In this document: positions 43,527 to 52,780 of the stretch, in pieces
Position numbering within the stretch: the stretch's first letter is position 1
Layout: every line of letters starts with the position of its first letter
NCBI GenBank assembly: GCA_020846295.1
Contig: JADLEF010000088.1
Span: 6,525 to 70,524 of the forward strand
DNA length: 64,000 nucleotides
Source: Acidimicrobiales bacterium
GTDB lineage: Bacteria > Actinomycetota > Acidimicrobiia > Acidimicrobiales > CAIXPF01
Direction: 5' to 3'
Position numbers and translations under genes: made by a program
Notes under the pieces: model-generated
What the model saw: only the letters and a program-made list of their open reading frames with translations
Told to the model about the DNA's origin: nothing
The model's database searches: none

Positions 43527-44462
43527 ATGCGCATCGGTATCAACGGAACCGCCCTCGTGGCCAAGGCGTCGGTCGCCGCCGTCGTGGAGCACGCTCGCCA
43601 GGCCGAAGCCGACGGCTTCGACGCCTATTGGCTGGCCGAGCACCCCAGCGGCGGGTTCGACGCCCTCACGGTGCTGGGCATGGTCGGCCAGTCGGTCAGC
43701 CGCCTGGCCCTGGGCACCGCCGTCATCCCGACCTACCCGCGGCACCCGCTGGTGCTGGCCGGCCAGGCCCGCACGGTGGCATCGACCATGAGCGTGCCGC
43801 TCACCCTGGGCATCGGCCTGTCCCACCAGCCGATGCTGGCCGCGCTCGGCCTGCGCGACGACAAGCCGATCCGCCATCTGCGTGACTACCTCTCGGTGCT
43901 GCAACCGCTGCTCGAGCGGGGCGAGGTCGACCACGCGGGCCCGACGATCGAGTGCCGGGCCAAGCTGTTCGCGCCGCCCGAACCGGCGGTGCCCGTGGTC
44001 GTCGCCGCGCTCGGTCCCCAGATGCTGCGCCTGGCCGGCGCGCGCACCGCCGGCACCAGCCTGGCCTGGGTCGGCGTCAACACCATCCGCGACCACATCG
44101 TGCCCACCATCTCCGATGCGGCCGCGGCTGCGGGCCGGCCTGCGCCGCGCATCATCGCCACCCTGCCGATCTGCGTCACGGAGGACCCTGCGTCGGTGCG
44201 GGCCCGGATCAGCGCCGGGGCGGCGTGGTATGCCGAGCTGCCCTCCTACAAGGCGATGTTCGCCCGGGAGGGTGTGCAATCGCCGGGTGAGGTCGGCCTG
44301 GTCGGCTCGGAGTCGGAGGTCGAGGATCGCCTCGGCGAGCTGGCTGAGGCCGGTGTGACGGACTACTCCGCCTCGGAGTTCACGACGTCCCCGCAGGAGC
44401 AGGAGCAGACCAGGGCGCTGCTGCGCCGGGTGGCGAGGGCCACCGCCGGCCGCGTCGGCTGA
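43527..44462 (+). CDS. LLM-class F420-dependent oxidoreductase
   Basis: The ATG at 43527 gives MRIGINGTALV.... Clear paralog of 2831-3748 (ADGFDAYWLAEH, LTLGIGLSHQP, VAALGPQMLRLAG, AGVTDY). Confidence 0.85.
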   Translation: MRIGINGTALVAKASVAAVVEHARQAEADGFDAYWLAEHPSGGFDALTVLGMVGQSVSRLALGTAVIPTYPRHPLVLAGQARTVASTMSVPLTLGIGLSHQPMLAALGLRDDKPIRHLRDYLSVLQPLLERGEVDHAGPTIECRAKLFAPPEPAVPVVVAALGPQMLRLAGARTAGTSLAWVGVNTIRDHIVPTISDAAAAAGRPAPRIIATLPICVTEDPASVRARISAGAAWYAELPSYKAMFAREGVQSPGEVGLVGSESEVEDRLGELAEAGVTDYSASEFTTSPQEQEQTRALLRRVARATAGRVG

Positions 44463-44591
44463 ACCAGGTGATCGGGCGCTTCGTTCCCGGACCGCGCGGT
44501 ACGGTGGGGCGTGCGGGCCCCGCGGGGTCGGGTCGGGGCGCCGGTGGCCATCCTGCTCGGACGCAGAGCGTGGTCGAAGGAGGGGGTGTCA

Positions 44592-44615
44592 CAGCGAATC
44601 GACATCGATTCGCTG
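44592..44615 (+). promoter_or_regulatory. Perfect 11-bp inverted repeat (candidate operator or hairpin)
   Basis: CAGCGAATCGA-ca-TCGATTCGCTG, 112 nt upstream of the ATG at 44727. Confidence 0.35.
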
Positions 44616-44726
44616 CGAGGGGTCCCGCGCGCTCCTCGTCGCCCCGACTGCTCCACCGAGTGCCATACCGAATAGTACGGCCGAGGGGGATCGGCCCCTC
44701 GGGCCGGTGCCATAGGCTGCGCCCCC

Positions 44727-45806
44727 ATGGAATTCGGGATGTGCGTGATCACCAAGTTGGACCAGGCCGGCTTCGCCAAGCAGTGCGAGGACCTCGGCTT
44801 CGACATGGTGTGGGTGCCGGACAGCCAGATGATCTGGGGCGACTGCTACGCCTACCTCGCGCTCGCCGCCGAGCGCACCTCGAAGATCAAGCTCGCCACC
44901 GGGGTCGCCGTCGCCGGTACCCGGGCCGCGCCGGTGATCGCCCACTCCATCGCCTCGGTGGCCACGCTGGCGCCCGGGCGCGTGTCGCTCGGCATCGGGT
45001 CGGGCAACTCCGCCTACCGGTTCATGAACCTCAAGCCGTTGCCCATCAAGAAGTACGGCGACGAGATCCGCGCCATCCGCGGCCTGCTCGCCGGTGAGGA
45101 GGTCGAGTACACCTTCCGGGGGGTGACCGCGCCGATCCGTCTGCTCATGGCCGACCGGGGCTTCGTCAACCTCGAGCAGCCCATCCCGATGATCGTGTCG
45201 GGCTTCGGGCCCAAGGCCCAGGCGCTCGCGGGGCAGCTCGGCGACGGGCTCTTCTTCTCGCTGCCCAACGAGGAGCGCTCCATCCAGCGTTCGGTGGAGA
45301 CGGTGCGCCGGGCCGCGGCGGACGCCGGACGAACCGACGTGCAGGTCGACTCGCCCAGCTTCCCGATCGTCAACCTGCTCAACGTGATCATGCTCGACAA
45401 GGGCGAGGACATGCTCTCCGAACGGGTGATCGCCGAGCACGGCCCGTTCATCATCGCCGGGATGCACTACCTGTTCGACAGCGTGCGCCAGTACAACCGC
45501 ACGCCGCCCCGCCACCTGCTCGACGTGTGGGACGAGTACACCGCCATGATCGAGCGCACGCCCGAGCACCTGCGCCACATCCGCATCCACGACGGCCACT
45601 GCACGTACCTGCACCCCGACGAGGTGAAGCTCATCACCGAGAACCTGATCAAGGCGACCTGCGTGATCGGCCGGCCCGAGGAATGCCGTGAGCAGCTGCA
45701 CGAGATGCACCGCGCCGGCGTCGACCAGCTCGTCGTGCTGCCGTCGATGGGCTATCAGGAGGCGTATGCAGAGCGCTTCGCCCAGGAGATCATCGCCAAG
45801 TTCTAG
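44727..45806 (+). CDS. LLM-class flavin/F420-dependent oxidoreductase
   Basis: 359 aa. CEDLGFDMVWVPDSQ, RVSLGIGSGNS, VSGFGPKAQALAG. Confidence 0.85.
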   Translation: MEFGMCVITKLDQAGFAKQCEDLGFDMVWVPDSQMIWGDCYAYLALAAERTSKIKLATGVAVAGTRAAPVIAHSIASVATLAPGRVSLGIGSGNSAYRFMNLKPLPIKKYGDEIRAIRGLLAGEEVEYTFRGVTAPIRLLMADRGFVNLEQPIPMIVSGFGPKAQALAGQLGDGLFFSLPNEERSIQRSVETVRRAAADAGRTDVQVDSPSFPIVNLLNVIMLDKGEDMLSERVIAEHGPFIIAGMHYLFDSVRQYNRTPPRHLLDVWDEYTAMIERTPEHLRHIRIHDGHCTYLHPDEVKLITENLIKATCVIGRPEECREQLHEMHRAGVDQLVVLPSMGYQEAYAERFAQEIIAKF

Positions 45807-46630
45807 ACGCTGAACATGAACGACTGGCTGGCCATGCCGACGAGCAGGCCGGACTGGGTCCAGGCGCGCAGGTCGCCGTGCGCGGCCCCGTCGGTCACCG
45901 TGCCGAGCCGTATGTCGAGCAGGAGCCACTCGCTCGGCTCGAGCCCGGTGATGCGCACCGTGTTGTCGAGGCTCGACGCCGGCTTCTCGGTCTCCGACAG
46001 CACGAGGCGGAACCCGGCCGGCACGTAGTCGCCGAGCATGGCGATCCCGGCGGAGGTCTCGTGCACGCCGTCGGGCATGCGGACCCAGAACGCTGCCGTC
46101 CCGCGGTCGCGGTCGAAGCCGGCGACGCGAAGTTCCACCGTGCGATGGAACGACCCGTCGGGCTCCCAGGTCAGCTCGTAACCGCCGGACTCGTCGGGCC
46201 CCGGCACCACCGGCGGTTCGCCCCAGCGGTGGGCGTTCGCTCCCGGGCGCTGCCCGCAGGCGGCCAGGAACCGAGCCACGACGCGATCGCCGACGCTCGC
46301 CACCGCCGAGACCTGGCTCACCCGGTTGCCGGCCGAGCCCACGGTGACGGCATAGGAGACGACCTCGTCCTGCGCGGCGCGGCTCAGGTACTGCGCGGTG
46401 GCCCAGATCAGCGGTCGCCCGGTGGCCTGCTCCATGGCGGTGGTCGCCGCGGCGAGCGAGCAGCCGCCGTGCAGGTAGCCGGTGCGGCCGCAGATGCGGG
46501 GTCGAACGGTGAGCTCCCACCGGTCGGCGGCCTCGTCGGGCCGTCGCAGGCCGAGCCAGCCTCGATCGCCCAGCGGTCGTGATCCATCGGTCATCGCAGC
46601 ATGGTGCCCGATGGCGTCGGCCCCCGTCAT
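45803..46630 (-). CDS. Acyl-CoA thioesterase II-like (double hot-dog) protein
   Basis: 275 aa. The ATG at 46630 is in an ATGA overlap with the upstream gene. Contains GYLHGGCSLAAATTAME and a C-terminal LDNTVRI...DGAAHGDLRAWTQSG. Confidence 0.75.
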   Translation of the reverse strand: MTGADAIGHHAAMTDGSRPLGDRGWLGLRRPDEAADRWELTVRPRICGRTGYLHGGCSLAAATTAMEQATGRPLIWATAQYLSRAAQDEVVSYAVTVGSAGNRVSQVSAVASVGDRVVARFLAACGQRPGANAHRWGEPPVVPGPDESGGYELTWEPDGSFHRTVELRVAGFDRDRGTAAFWVRMPDGVHETSAGIAMLGDYVPAGFRLVLSETEKPASSLDNTVRITGLEPSEWLLLDIRLGTVTDGAAHGDLRAWTQSGLLVGMASQSFMFSV

Positions 46631-47643
46631 GAGCCGGTCATGGCCGCGAGTGAGAACAGCTCGTCGTAGGCGGCCAGGCCGGTCGGTTCACCCCGCTGCG
46701 CCACCCGCAGGAACACGATCTCGTCGGCCAAGCCCTCGTAGGCGGCGATGCGGGCGGCGCATTGCTGCGCGGTGCCGGTGATGGTCATGGTGTCGATGAC
46801 CTCGTCGGGCACCAGGTCCATCGCCTCGCGGGTTCGGCCGGCCGGCATCAGCGCCGAGGCCTGGTCGGCGAACTCGGCGAAGCCCAACTGGCGCAGCTGT
46901 GAGTCGTAGTACGGGTGGGGGACGGGGTGGAAGAGCCCGCAGATCGACAGCCGCACCGCATCTCGGGCCGCTTCCTCGTCGCCGTTGACGCTGAGCAGCG
47001 CGCCGATGGGGAACGCCAGCGCGTCGGGATCGCGCCCGGCCGAGACGGCGCCCGCCCGGGCGTTGGGCCGTACCAGGTCGGCCAGGAACGCCGTCGAGGT
47101 CATGATGCCCACGCCGACGCCGTCGGCCACCTCGCCGGCCAGCCGCACCATCTTGGGGCCGGAGGCGGAGAGGTAGACCGGCACGGCGGGCCGGGCGGGC
47201 TCCCACGAGGCGCGCCAGCGGATGCGGTGGACCGGCCCCTCGTAGCGCACCGGCTCGCCGGCCCCGGCCGCCACGACGCGCCGAACGATCTCCACGTAGT
47301 CGCGCATCTTGGCCAGCGGTCGCGACGAGTCGACGCCCATGTACCACTCGTTCAGGTGGCGGTTCCCGGTGCCGATGCCCAACGCGAAGCGGCCCCCGCT
47401 GATCTCGTCGAGATCACGGGCGGCGACCCCGGTGATCCACGGATCCCGGGCGTAGGCGTTCACCACGTAGGTACCGACCCGTATGGTGCGGGTGGCACCG
47501 ACGATGGCGGTGGCGGGCACCAGCGCGCTGCGCCCCGCCTCCACGGTGTGCACCGAGGAGAACCCGGCGGCCTCGGCGGCACGGGCCAGCGCCACCATCG
47601 TGGCGATCGAATCCTCGAAGCCGAGCAACAGTCCCAGTCGCAT
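46627..47643 (-). CDS. LLM-class flavin-dependent oxidoreductase
   Basis: 338 aa with ATG start. AEAAGFSSVHTVE, RFALGIGTGN, LSASGPKMVRLAGEVADG. Confidence 0.85.
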   Translation of the reverse strand: MRLGLLLGFEDSIATMVALARAAEAAGFSSVHTVEAGRSALVPATAIVGATRTIRVGTYVVNAYARDPWITGVAARDLDEISGGRFALGIGTGNRHLNEWYMGVDSSRPLAKMRDYVEIVRRVVAAGAGEPVRYEGPVHRIRWRASWEPARPAVPVYLSASGPKMVRLAGEVADGVGVGIMTSTAFLADLVRPNARAGAVSAGRDPDALAFPIGALLSVNGDEEAARDAVRLSICGLFHPVPHPYYDSQLRQLGFAEFADQASALMPAGRTREAMDLVPDEVIDTMTITGTAQQCAARIAAYEGLADEIVFLRVAQRGEPTGLAAYDELFSLAAMTGS

Positions 47644-47646
47644 GGT

Positions 47647-48435
47647 TCAGCGTCCCTTGAAGTCGGGGGTGCGCTTCTCGCGGAACGCCGCGACACCCTC
47701 TTTGAAGTCCTCGGTGGCCCGGCCCTGGGTGATGCCCCAGTGCTCGATCATCGCTGCGTCCATCGGCTCGCGGAGCAGGTTGCGCAGCACCGCCTGCTTG
47801 GCCATGGCCAGGTGCGCGGTGGGCCCGGTGGCGAGGCGGCCGGCGAGCGCGTGGGCGGTGGGCAGCAGCTGGTCGGGCTCGGTGACCTCGGCGATGAGCC
47901 CGGCGGTCACGGCCTCGTCGAGGGGGATGTCCTCGGCCAGGTAGAGCCAGCGCAGCGCCCGCCCGTACCCGACCAGCTGGGGAAGGGTCCAGGTGACGAG
48001 GTCGTCGGGGTGGATGGCGCGCTTGAGCCAGATCGGCAACAGGCGCGCGTCGGCGGCGCAGAGGCGGATGTCGCACAACAGGGCGAGGCCGAGCCCGCCA
48101 CCGGCCGCCACGCCGTTGACCGCGGCGATCGTCGGCTTGGGCACCTCGAGCAGCTCCACGCACCAGGTGAACAGCGGCTCCGCCCCCTTGGTCGGCCAGG
48201 GTCGCTGATCGGGGTCGGCCAGGTCGGCCCCCGAGCAGAAGGCCCGGCCGGTGCCGGTCATCACCATCGCCCGGCCCGCGTCGTCGGTGGCGAACTCGTT
48301 GATGAAGCGGCGGATCTCGTAGCGCATCCGGCCGTTGAAGGCGTTCAGCCGTTCGGGCCGGTTGAACCGCAGCTGCACCACGCCGCGCTCGTCCGCCTCG
48401 ATGGCGAGCGTCTCGTAGCCCTCGTAGCGTCCCAT
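47647..48435 (-). CDS. Enoyl-CoA hydratase/isomerase (crotonase) family protein
   Basis: The ATG at 48435 gives MGRYEGYETLAIE.... Contains RPERLNAF, GRAFCSGADL, AAVNGVAAGGG and EGVAAFREKR. Confidence 0.85.
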   Translation of the reverse strand: MGRYEGYETLAIEADERGVVQLRFNRPERLNAFNGRMRYEIRRFINEFATDDAGRAMVMTGTGRAFCSGADLADPDQRPWPTKGAEPLFTWCVELLEVPKPTIAAVNGVAAGGGLGLALLCDIRLCAADARLLPIWLKRAIHPDDLVTWTLPQLVGYGRALRWLYLAEDIPLDEAVTAGLIAEVTEPDQLLPTAHALAGRLATGPTAHLAMAKQAVLRNLLREPMDAAMIEHWGITQGRATEDFKEGVAAFREKRTPDFKGR

Positions 48436-48599
48436 GGCGGCGCATCGTAGGGCCGGGCGGCCCACCCTGCGCCAGGGAACGGCGGCGCCGACCCGCGTCG
48501 CCCACCCGACGCCGTCGTGCTCGCACGGCGTGGCGGTATGCTCACTCAAGGCATCGTGTCGACCGCCCGACCGCGGTGCATGCGAGAGGAACGACAACG

Positions 48600-50273
48600 A
48601 TGAAGTCCCGTGCGCGGAGCCGCCGCAGCGAGGCCGACACGAAACCCACCCGAGCCGCGGTCACCGCGTGGTTGGCGGCGCTGGTGGCCGCCCTCGGGCT
48701 GTCGATGGTCCCGGCCCGAACCGCCGCAGCGGACGCAGCGACGGTCAACAGCCTGCTCGACTGCCGCTTCGGTTCGGGCCAGGTGTTCGACATCGCGTTC
48801 GCCAAGAGCGGCACCCTGGGCGTGAACCGGACCCTGAACGTCACCGTCAGCGGGGTCCCGTACCAGAGCGCCACCAACCCGTTCGGGCCGCTGAACGGCG
48901 TGATCGCCCCGACGGACTTCTTCCAGTTCCACCCCAGCCAGACCAACCCGGGGAGCTACGCGCTGCACCTGCACGAGGCCGGCGGCGCGCTCAAGCGGGT
49001 GGTGGACGCCACCGGCAGCTTCGAGGTGGCCGGCCCCGACGTGCTGCTCTACCACGGCGGTGGGCAGACCGACACCCTGTTCACCACCCGTCAGGTGTGG
49101 CGCTACGGGCAGACCGGCTCCTTCGCGGTGACCCAGGAGAACCTGATCAACAACGAGGCGCTGCAATACACCTCGTGCGTCGGGCCCCTGCGCATGCCGA
49201 GCCCCGAGCGCTTCGAACCGCTGAGCCCCATCCGCGTGCTCGACACCCGGGAGGGTGCCGCCCTCGGCCCGTCGGTGGAACGCTCCCTCGTGCTCGCCGG
49301 GCAGCACGGCGTGCCCGCAACCGCGTCAGCGGTGGCGCTGAACATCACCGTCGACGCCCCGGCCGCCGACGGTTGGGTGGCGGCCTACCCGTGCGGCTCG
49401 ACCCCGGGCACCTCGACGCTCAACTTCGGTGCCCAGGAGACGGTGGCCAACCTCGCCATGGTGGCGCCTGGTGCGGGCGGCGCGGTGTGCTTCCGGTCCA
49501 CCGCGGCCACCCAGCTGGTGGTCGATCTCAACGGCTACCTCGATCCGAACGGCAGCGACGCCTACACCCCGGTCGTCCCGGCCCGGGTGTACGACAGCAG
49601 GGTGCCGGCGGTGGCGGTGCCCGCCGGTGGGGCCATCGCCATGCGGGTGGCGGGCTGGTACGGCACGCCGAACAGCAGCACGGCGGCCATGTTGAACGTG
49701 ACGGTCACCAACCCTGCCGCCGCCGGGTACGCCACGGTCTACCCGTGCGGTTCGGCCCGCCCGCTCGCCTCGAACGTCAACTTCCGGGCAGGTCAGACCG
49801 TGGCCAACGCCGCCGTCGGGCGCATCGGTGAGGGCGGGGCGGTGTGCATCTACGCGTCGGCGAGCGTCGACCTGGTCATCGACGTGACCGGCGCGTTCGG
49901 GCCCACCGGCGAGACCGTCCCGATGGCGGTCGCGCCGTTCCGGGCCGCGGACACCCGGGAGAGCGGGCGGCTGGCGGCGGGGGAGGTGCTGGTGGTGGAC
50001 CTCGCCGATCGGGACGGGCTGTACGGCGTGGTCCCGTCCGGTGCACTGCTCAACGTGACGGTCACCGAGCCGGTCGAGGCGGGGTTCCTGACCGTGTACG
50101 CCTGTGACAGCGAACGCCCGTGGGCCTCGAACCTGAACTTCCTGCCCGGTGAGACCGCGGCGAACTTCGCCATCGGCGCGGTGTCGGCCGGCGACCAGCG
50201 GGTGTGCCTGTTCAGCACGGCGACGACCCACGTGGTCGTCGACGTGAGCGGGGCGCTCGTCGCCTACGACTGA
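48600..50273 (+). CDS. Secreted protein with three tandem ~105-aa uncharacterised domains
   Basis: ATG at 48600 with RBS GAGAGGA. Basic N-terminus plus TM/signal segment (AAVTAWLAALVAALGLSMVPARTAAA), then a unique ~165-aa region, then three repeats. Confidence 0.7.
   Translation: MKSRARSRRSEADTKPTRAAVTAWLAALVAALGLSMVPARTAAADAATVNSLLDCRFGSGQVFDIAFAKSGTLGVNRTLNVTVSGVPYQSATNPFGPLNGVIAPTDFFQFHPSQTNPGSYALHLHEAGGALKRVVDATGSFEVAGPDVLLYHGGGQTDTLFTTRQVWRYGQTGSFAVTQENLINNEALQYTSCVGPLRMPSPERFEPLSPIRVLDTREGAALGPSVERSLVLAGQHGVPATASAVALNITVDAPAADGWVAAYPCGSTPGTSTLNFGAQETVANLAMVAPGAGGAVCFRSTAATQLVVDLNGYLDPNGSDAYTPVVPARVYDSRVPAVAVPAGGAIAMRVAGWYGTPNSSTAAMLNVTVTNPAAAGYATVYPCGSARPLASNVNFRAGQTVANAAVGRIGEGGAVCIYASASVDLVIDVTGAFGPTGETVPMAVAPFRAADTRESGRLAAGEVLVVDLADRDGLYGVVPSGALLNVTVTEPVEAGFLTVYACDSERPWASNLNFLPGETAANFAIGAVSAGDQRVCLFSTATTHVVVDVSGALVAYD
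49227..50270 (+). repeat. Three tandem protein-domain repeats inside CDS 48600-50273
   Basis: Units start near 49227, 49578 and 49935. Shared pattern: R(V/A).D(T/S)R ... LN(I/V)TV(T) ... G(W/Y/F)..(V/A)Y(P/A)C ... P..S(T/N)(L/V)NF..G(E/Q)T.AN ... VC ... VVD(L/V).G. Confidence 0.75.
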
Positions 50274-50363
50274 GGGCGGGGTGGGCCGGGTGGGCCGGGC
50301 CCCGGGTGGGTGCGTCGGGCTAGGTTCCTTGGCGCAGGGTCGACGTTCCCGGGGGAGATTGCC

Positions 50364-51527
50364 ATGCCGTACGCCGAAGGTCGCACGTTCTTCGATGCCG
50401 ACAGCCACATCATGGAGCTGCCGGACTGGTTGGTCAGCCACGCCGACCCCGCCATGCGCGATCGCATCCCACCGCTGTCGGTCAGCTCCGGCGGGCCGAT
50501 GGCCGAGAAGATGCAGCGCTACGCCGAGGCGGGCGGTCACCCGGCCGACAAGGTCGAGGAGCTGCTGCGCAACGTCATCGCCGGCCCGAAGAACTACGAG
50601 GCCCTGGGCGCCTTCAACGCCGCGGAGCGCACCCGCGCCCTCGACGAGCTCGGGTTCCGGGCGCAGTGGGTGTTCGCCTCGTTCTCCCCGGCCCAGGTGT
50701 TCTGGATCCGGGACCTCGAGGCCCGCTACGCCGCCTGCCGGGCCCACAACCGGGCGATGAGCGAGTTCTGCGGCGACGACCCGCGGCTGCTGCCCGTCGC
50801 GCTGCTCTCGCTCGACGATCCCGCCCTCGCCGCGGTCGAGCTCGACGCCGCGCTGGCGGAAGGGGCCAAGGGCATCTGGGTGCCGGCCGGGCCGTGCGGC
50901 GGACGCTCGCCCGGCCACGACGAGCTCGACCCGATCTGGGCGCGCATGGCCGAAGCCGGCGTGCCGTTCCTGCTGCACGTGGGCGGCCAGGCCATCCAGA
51001 TCCGCAGCGAGTACATGAACACCGGTCGCCCGCAGCCCACCGACTGGCTCGGCGGTGCGGAGAACGTGCGCTCGAAGGATCTCACCGTGCTGCACCAGAG
51101 CGCCGAGGAGTTCCTGTCGGTCATGGTGCTCGACGGCGTGCTCGAGCGCCACCGTGGCCTGCGCGGTGCGGCGGTGGAGCTGGGGGCGACGTGGGTGCCG
51201 GGCATGCTGCGCCGCCTCGATCATGCGGCGGAGATCTGGGCCCGCTCCGAACCCGAGCTGCGCACGTTCACCCGCATCCCGTCGGAGCAGGTGCGCGCCC
51301 AGCTCGCCTTCACGCCCTACCCGTTCGAGGACGTGGGGGCCCTGATCCGCGACTCGTCACCGGAGCTGTACCTGTTCTCCTCGGACTACCCACACACCGA
51401 GGGCGGCCGCAACCCGATCGGCCGCTTCGAGTCCAGCCTCGGAGACCTCGACGAAGCGGTCCGCCGGGCGTTCTACTGCGACAACTTCCTCAGGTTGCTG
51501 CCCTCGGCCTCCGCGCTGGCGGACTGA
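50364..51527 (+). CDS. Amidohydrolase_2 (ACMSD-like) family metal-dependent hydrolase/decarboxylase
   Basis: The ATG at 50364 gives MPYAEGRTFFDADSHIME.... Contains VPFLLHVG and the C-terminal FSSDYPHTEG. Confidence 0.8.
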   Translation: MPYAEGRTFFDADSHIMELPDWLVSHADPAMRDRIPPLSVSSGGPMAEKMQRYAEAGGHPADKVEELLRNVIAGPKNYEALGAFNAAERTRALDELGFRAQWVFASFSPAQVFWIRDLEARYAACRAHNRAMSEFCGDDPRLLPVALLSLDDPALAAVELDAALAEGAKGIWVPAGPCGGRSPGHDELDPIWARMAEAGVPFLLHVGGQAIQIRSEYMNTGRPQPTDWLGGAENVRSKDLTVLHQSAEEFLSVMVLDGVLERHRGLRGAAVELGATWVPGMLRRLDHAAEIWARSEPELRTFTRIPSEQVRAQLAFTPYPFEDVGALIRDSSPELYLFSSDYPHTEGGRNPIGRFESSLGDLDEAVRRAFYCDNFLRLLPSASALAD

Positions 51528-51546
51528 CCGATCGCACCCGACCGGC

Positions 51547-52767
51547 TCACAGCACGCCGGCGGCGCGCAGCTTCGCCCGCTGCTCGGCGTCGATGCCGGC
51601 CTCCTCGAGGACTTCGTCGGTGTGATCGCCGGCCCGCGGCGCCGGGCGACGGACGGCGGTCGGGGTGCGGGAGAACTTCGCCGCCGGGCCGGTGAGCGGC
51701 ACCTCCTGACCGTCGGTGATGACCGTCGGCTGCAGCATGTCGCGCTCCTGCACGTGCGGTTCGGCGGCGGCATCGGTGAAGCTGTTGACCCGGGCGGCGG
51801 CGATGCCGGCGTCCTGGATGGCGCCGAGCCGCTCGGCCACCGTGCCCGTGGCGCACCACGACGCCACCGCCTCGTTGACGGCGTCGCGGTTGGCGACGCG
51901 CTCGAGGTTGGTGGCGAAGCCCGGTGCCTCCGCCAGCTCCGGACGGCCCATCAGCTGGCAAAGGGTGCGCCAGTGCCGATCCAGGATGATGGCGAGGTAC
52001 AGATGGCCGTCGGTGCAGGCGTAGCTGTTGGTGGGCGACGAGGCCACCACCTCGCCGCCCATGCGCGGGATGTTCTGGCCCAGTGCGCCCATCGTCAGCA
52101 GGCCGTTGCACTGGAACAACAGCGAGTCGAGCAGCGCGATGTCCACGTGCTGGCCCTCGCCGGTGGCGTTGCGGTGGTGCAGCGCGGCGAGGGCGCCCAG
52201 GGCGGCGTGCAGGCCGGCGAGGTCGTCGGCGAGGAAGGTGGGCGCATTGGTTGGTGCGCCGTCGGGGGCGCCGTTGAGCGACATCCATCCGCCGGCGGCC
52301 AGCGCCGCGGGGTCGTACCCTGCCCGTTCGGACCACGGCCCGAACTGGCCCCAGCCCGACACCGACACGTAGACGATGTCGTCCTTCACCGCCTTGCAGT
52401 GTTCGTAGCCCACCCCCCAACCGGCCAGCGTGCCCGGCTTGAAGTTCTCGACCACGATGTCCGCCCCGGCCACGAGCTGCAGGAACACATCCCGCCCCTC
52501 GGTCTTGTGCAGATCGATGGAAACGCTGCGCTTGTTGCGGTTGACCGTCTGGTGCGACACCGCCACATCGGTGCCGGGCAGGAACGGCGGCCAGCTGGAC
52601 CCGGCGCTGCCCGGTAGATCGACGCGCACGACGTCGCAGCCCAGGTCGGCGAGCACGCAGCCCACCATGGGCCCGGCCCAGGCGGTGGTCGCCTCGATGA
52701 CCCGCACGCCGTGCATGGGCCCGGTCCGATCGGTGCGGGCGTTGCGGTAGAACTCCGACTTCTCCAT
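51547..52767 (-). CDS. Family III CoA-transferase (single module)
   Basis: The ATG at 52767 gives MEKSEFYRNARTDRTGPMHGVRVIEATTAWAGPMVGCVLADLGCDVVRVD.... Contains GEGQHVDIALLDS. Confidence 0.85.
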   Translation of the reverse strand: MEKSEFYRNARTDRTGPMHGVRVIEATTAWAGPMVGCVLADLGCDVVRVDLPGSAGSSWPPFLPGTDVAVSHQTVNRNKRSVSIDLHKTEGRDVFLQLVAGADIVVENFKPGTLAGWGVGYEHCKAVKDDIVYVSVSGWGQFGPWSERAGYDPAALAAGGWMSLNGAPDGAPTNAPTFLADDLAGLHAALGALAALHHRNATGEGQHVDIALLDSLLFQCNGLLTMGALGQNIPRMGGEVVASSPTNSYACTDGHLYLAIILDRHWRTLCQLMGRPELAEAPGFATNLERVANRDAVNEAVASWCATGTVAERLGAIQDAGIAAARVNSFTDAAAEPHVQERDMLQPTVITDGQEVPLTGPAAKFSRTPTAVRRPAPRAGDHTDEVLEEAGIDAEQRAKLRAAGVL

Positions 52768-52780
52768 ACCGATCGGAACC

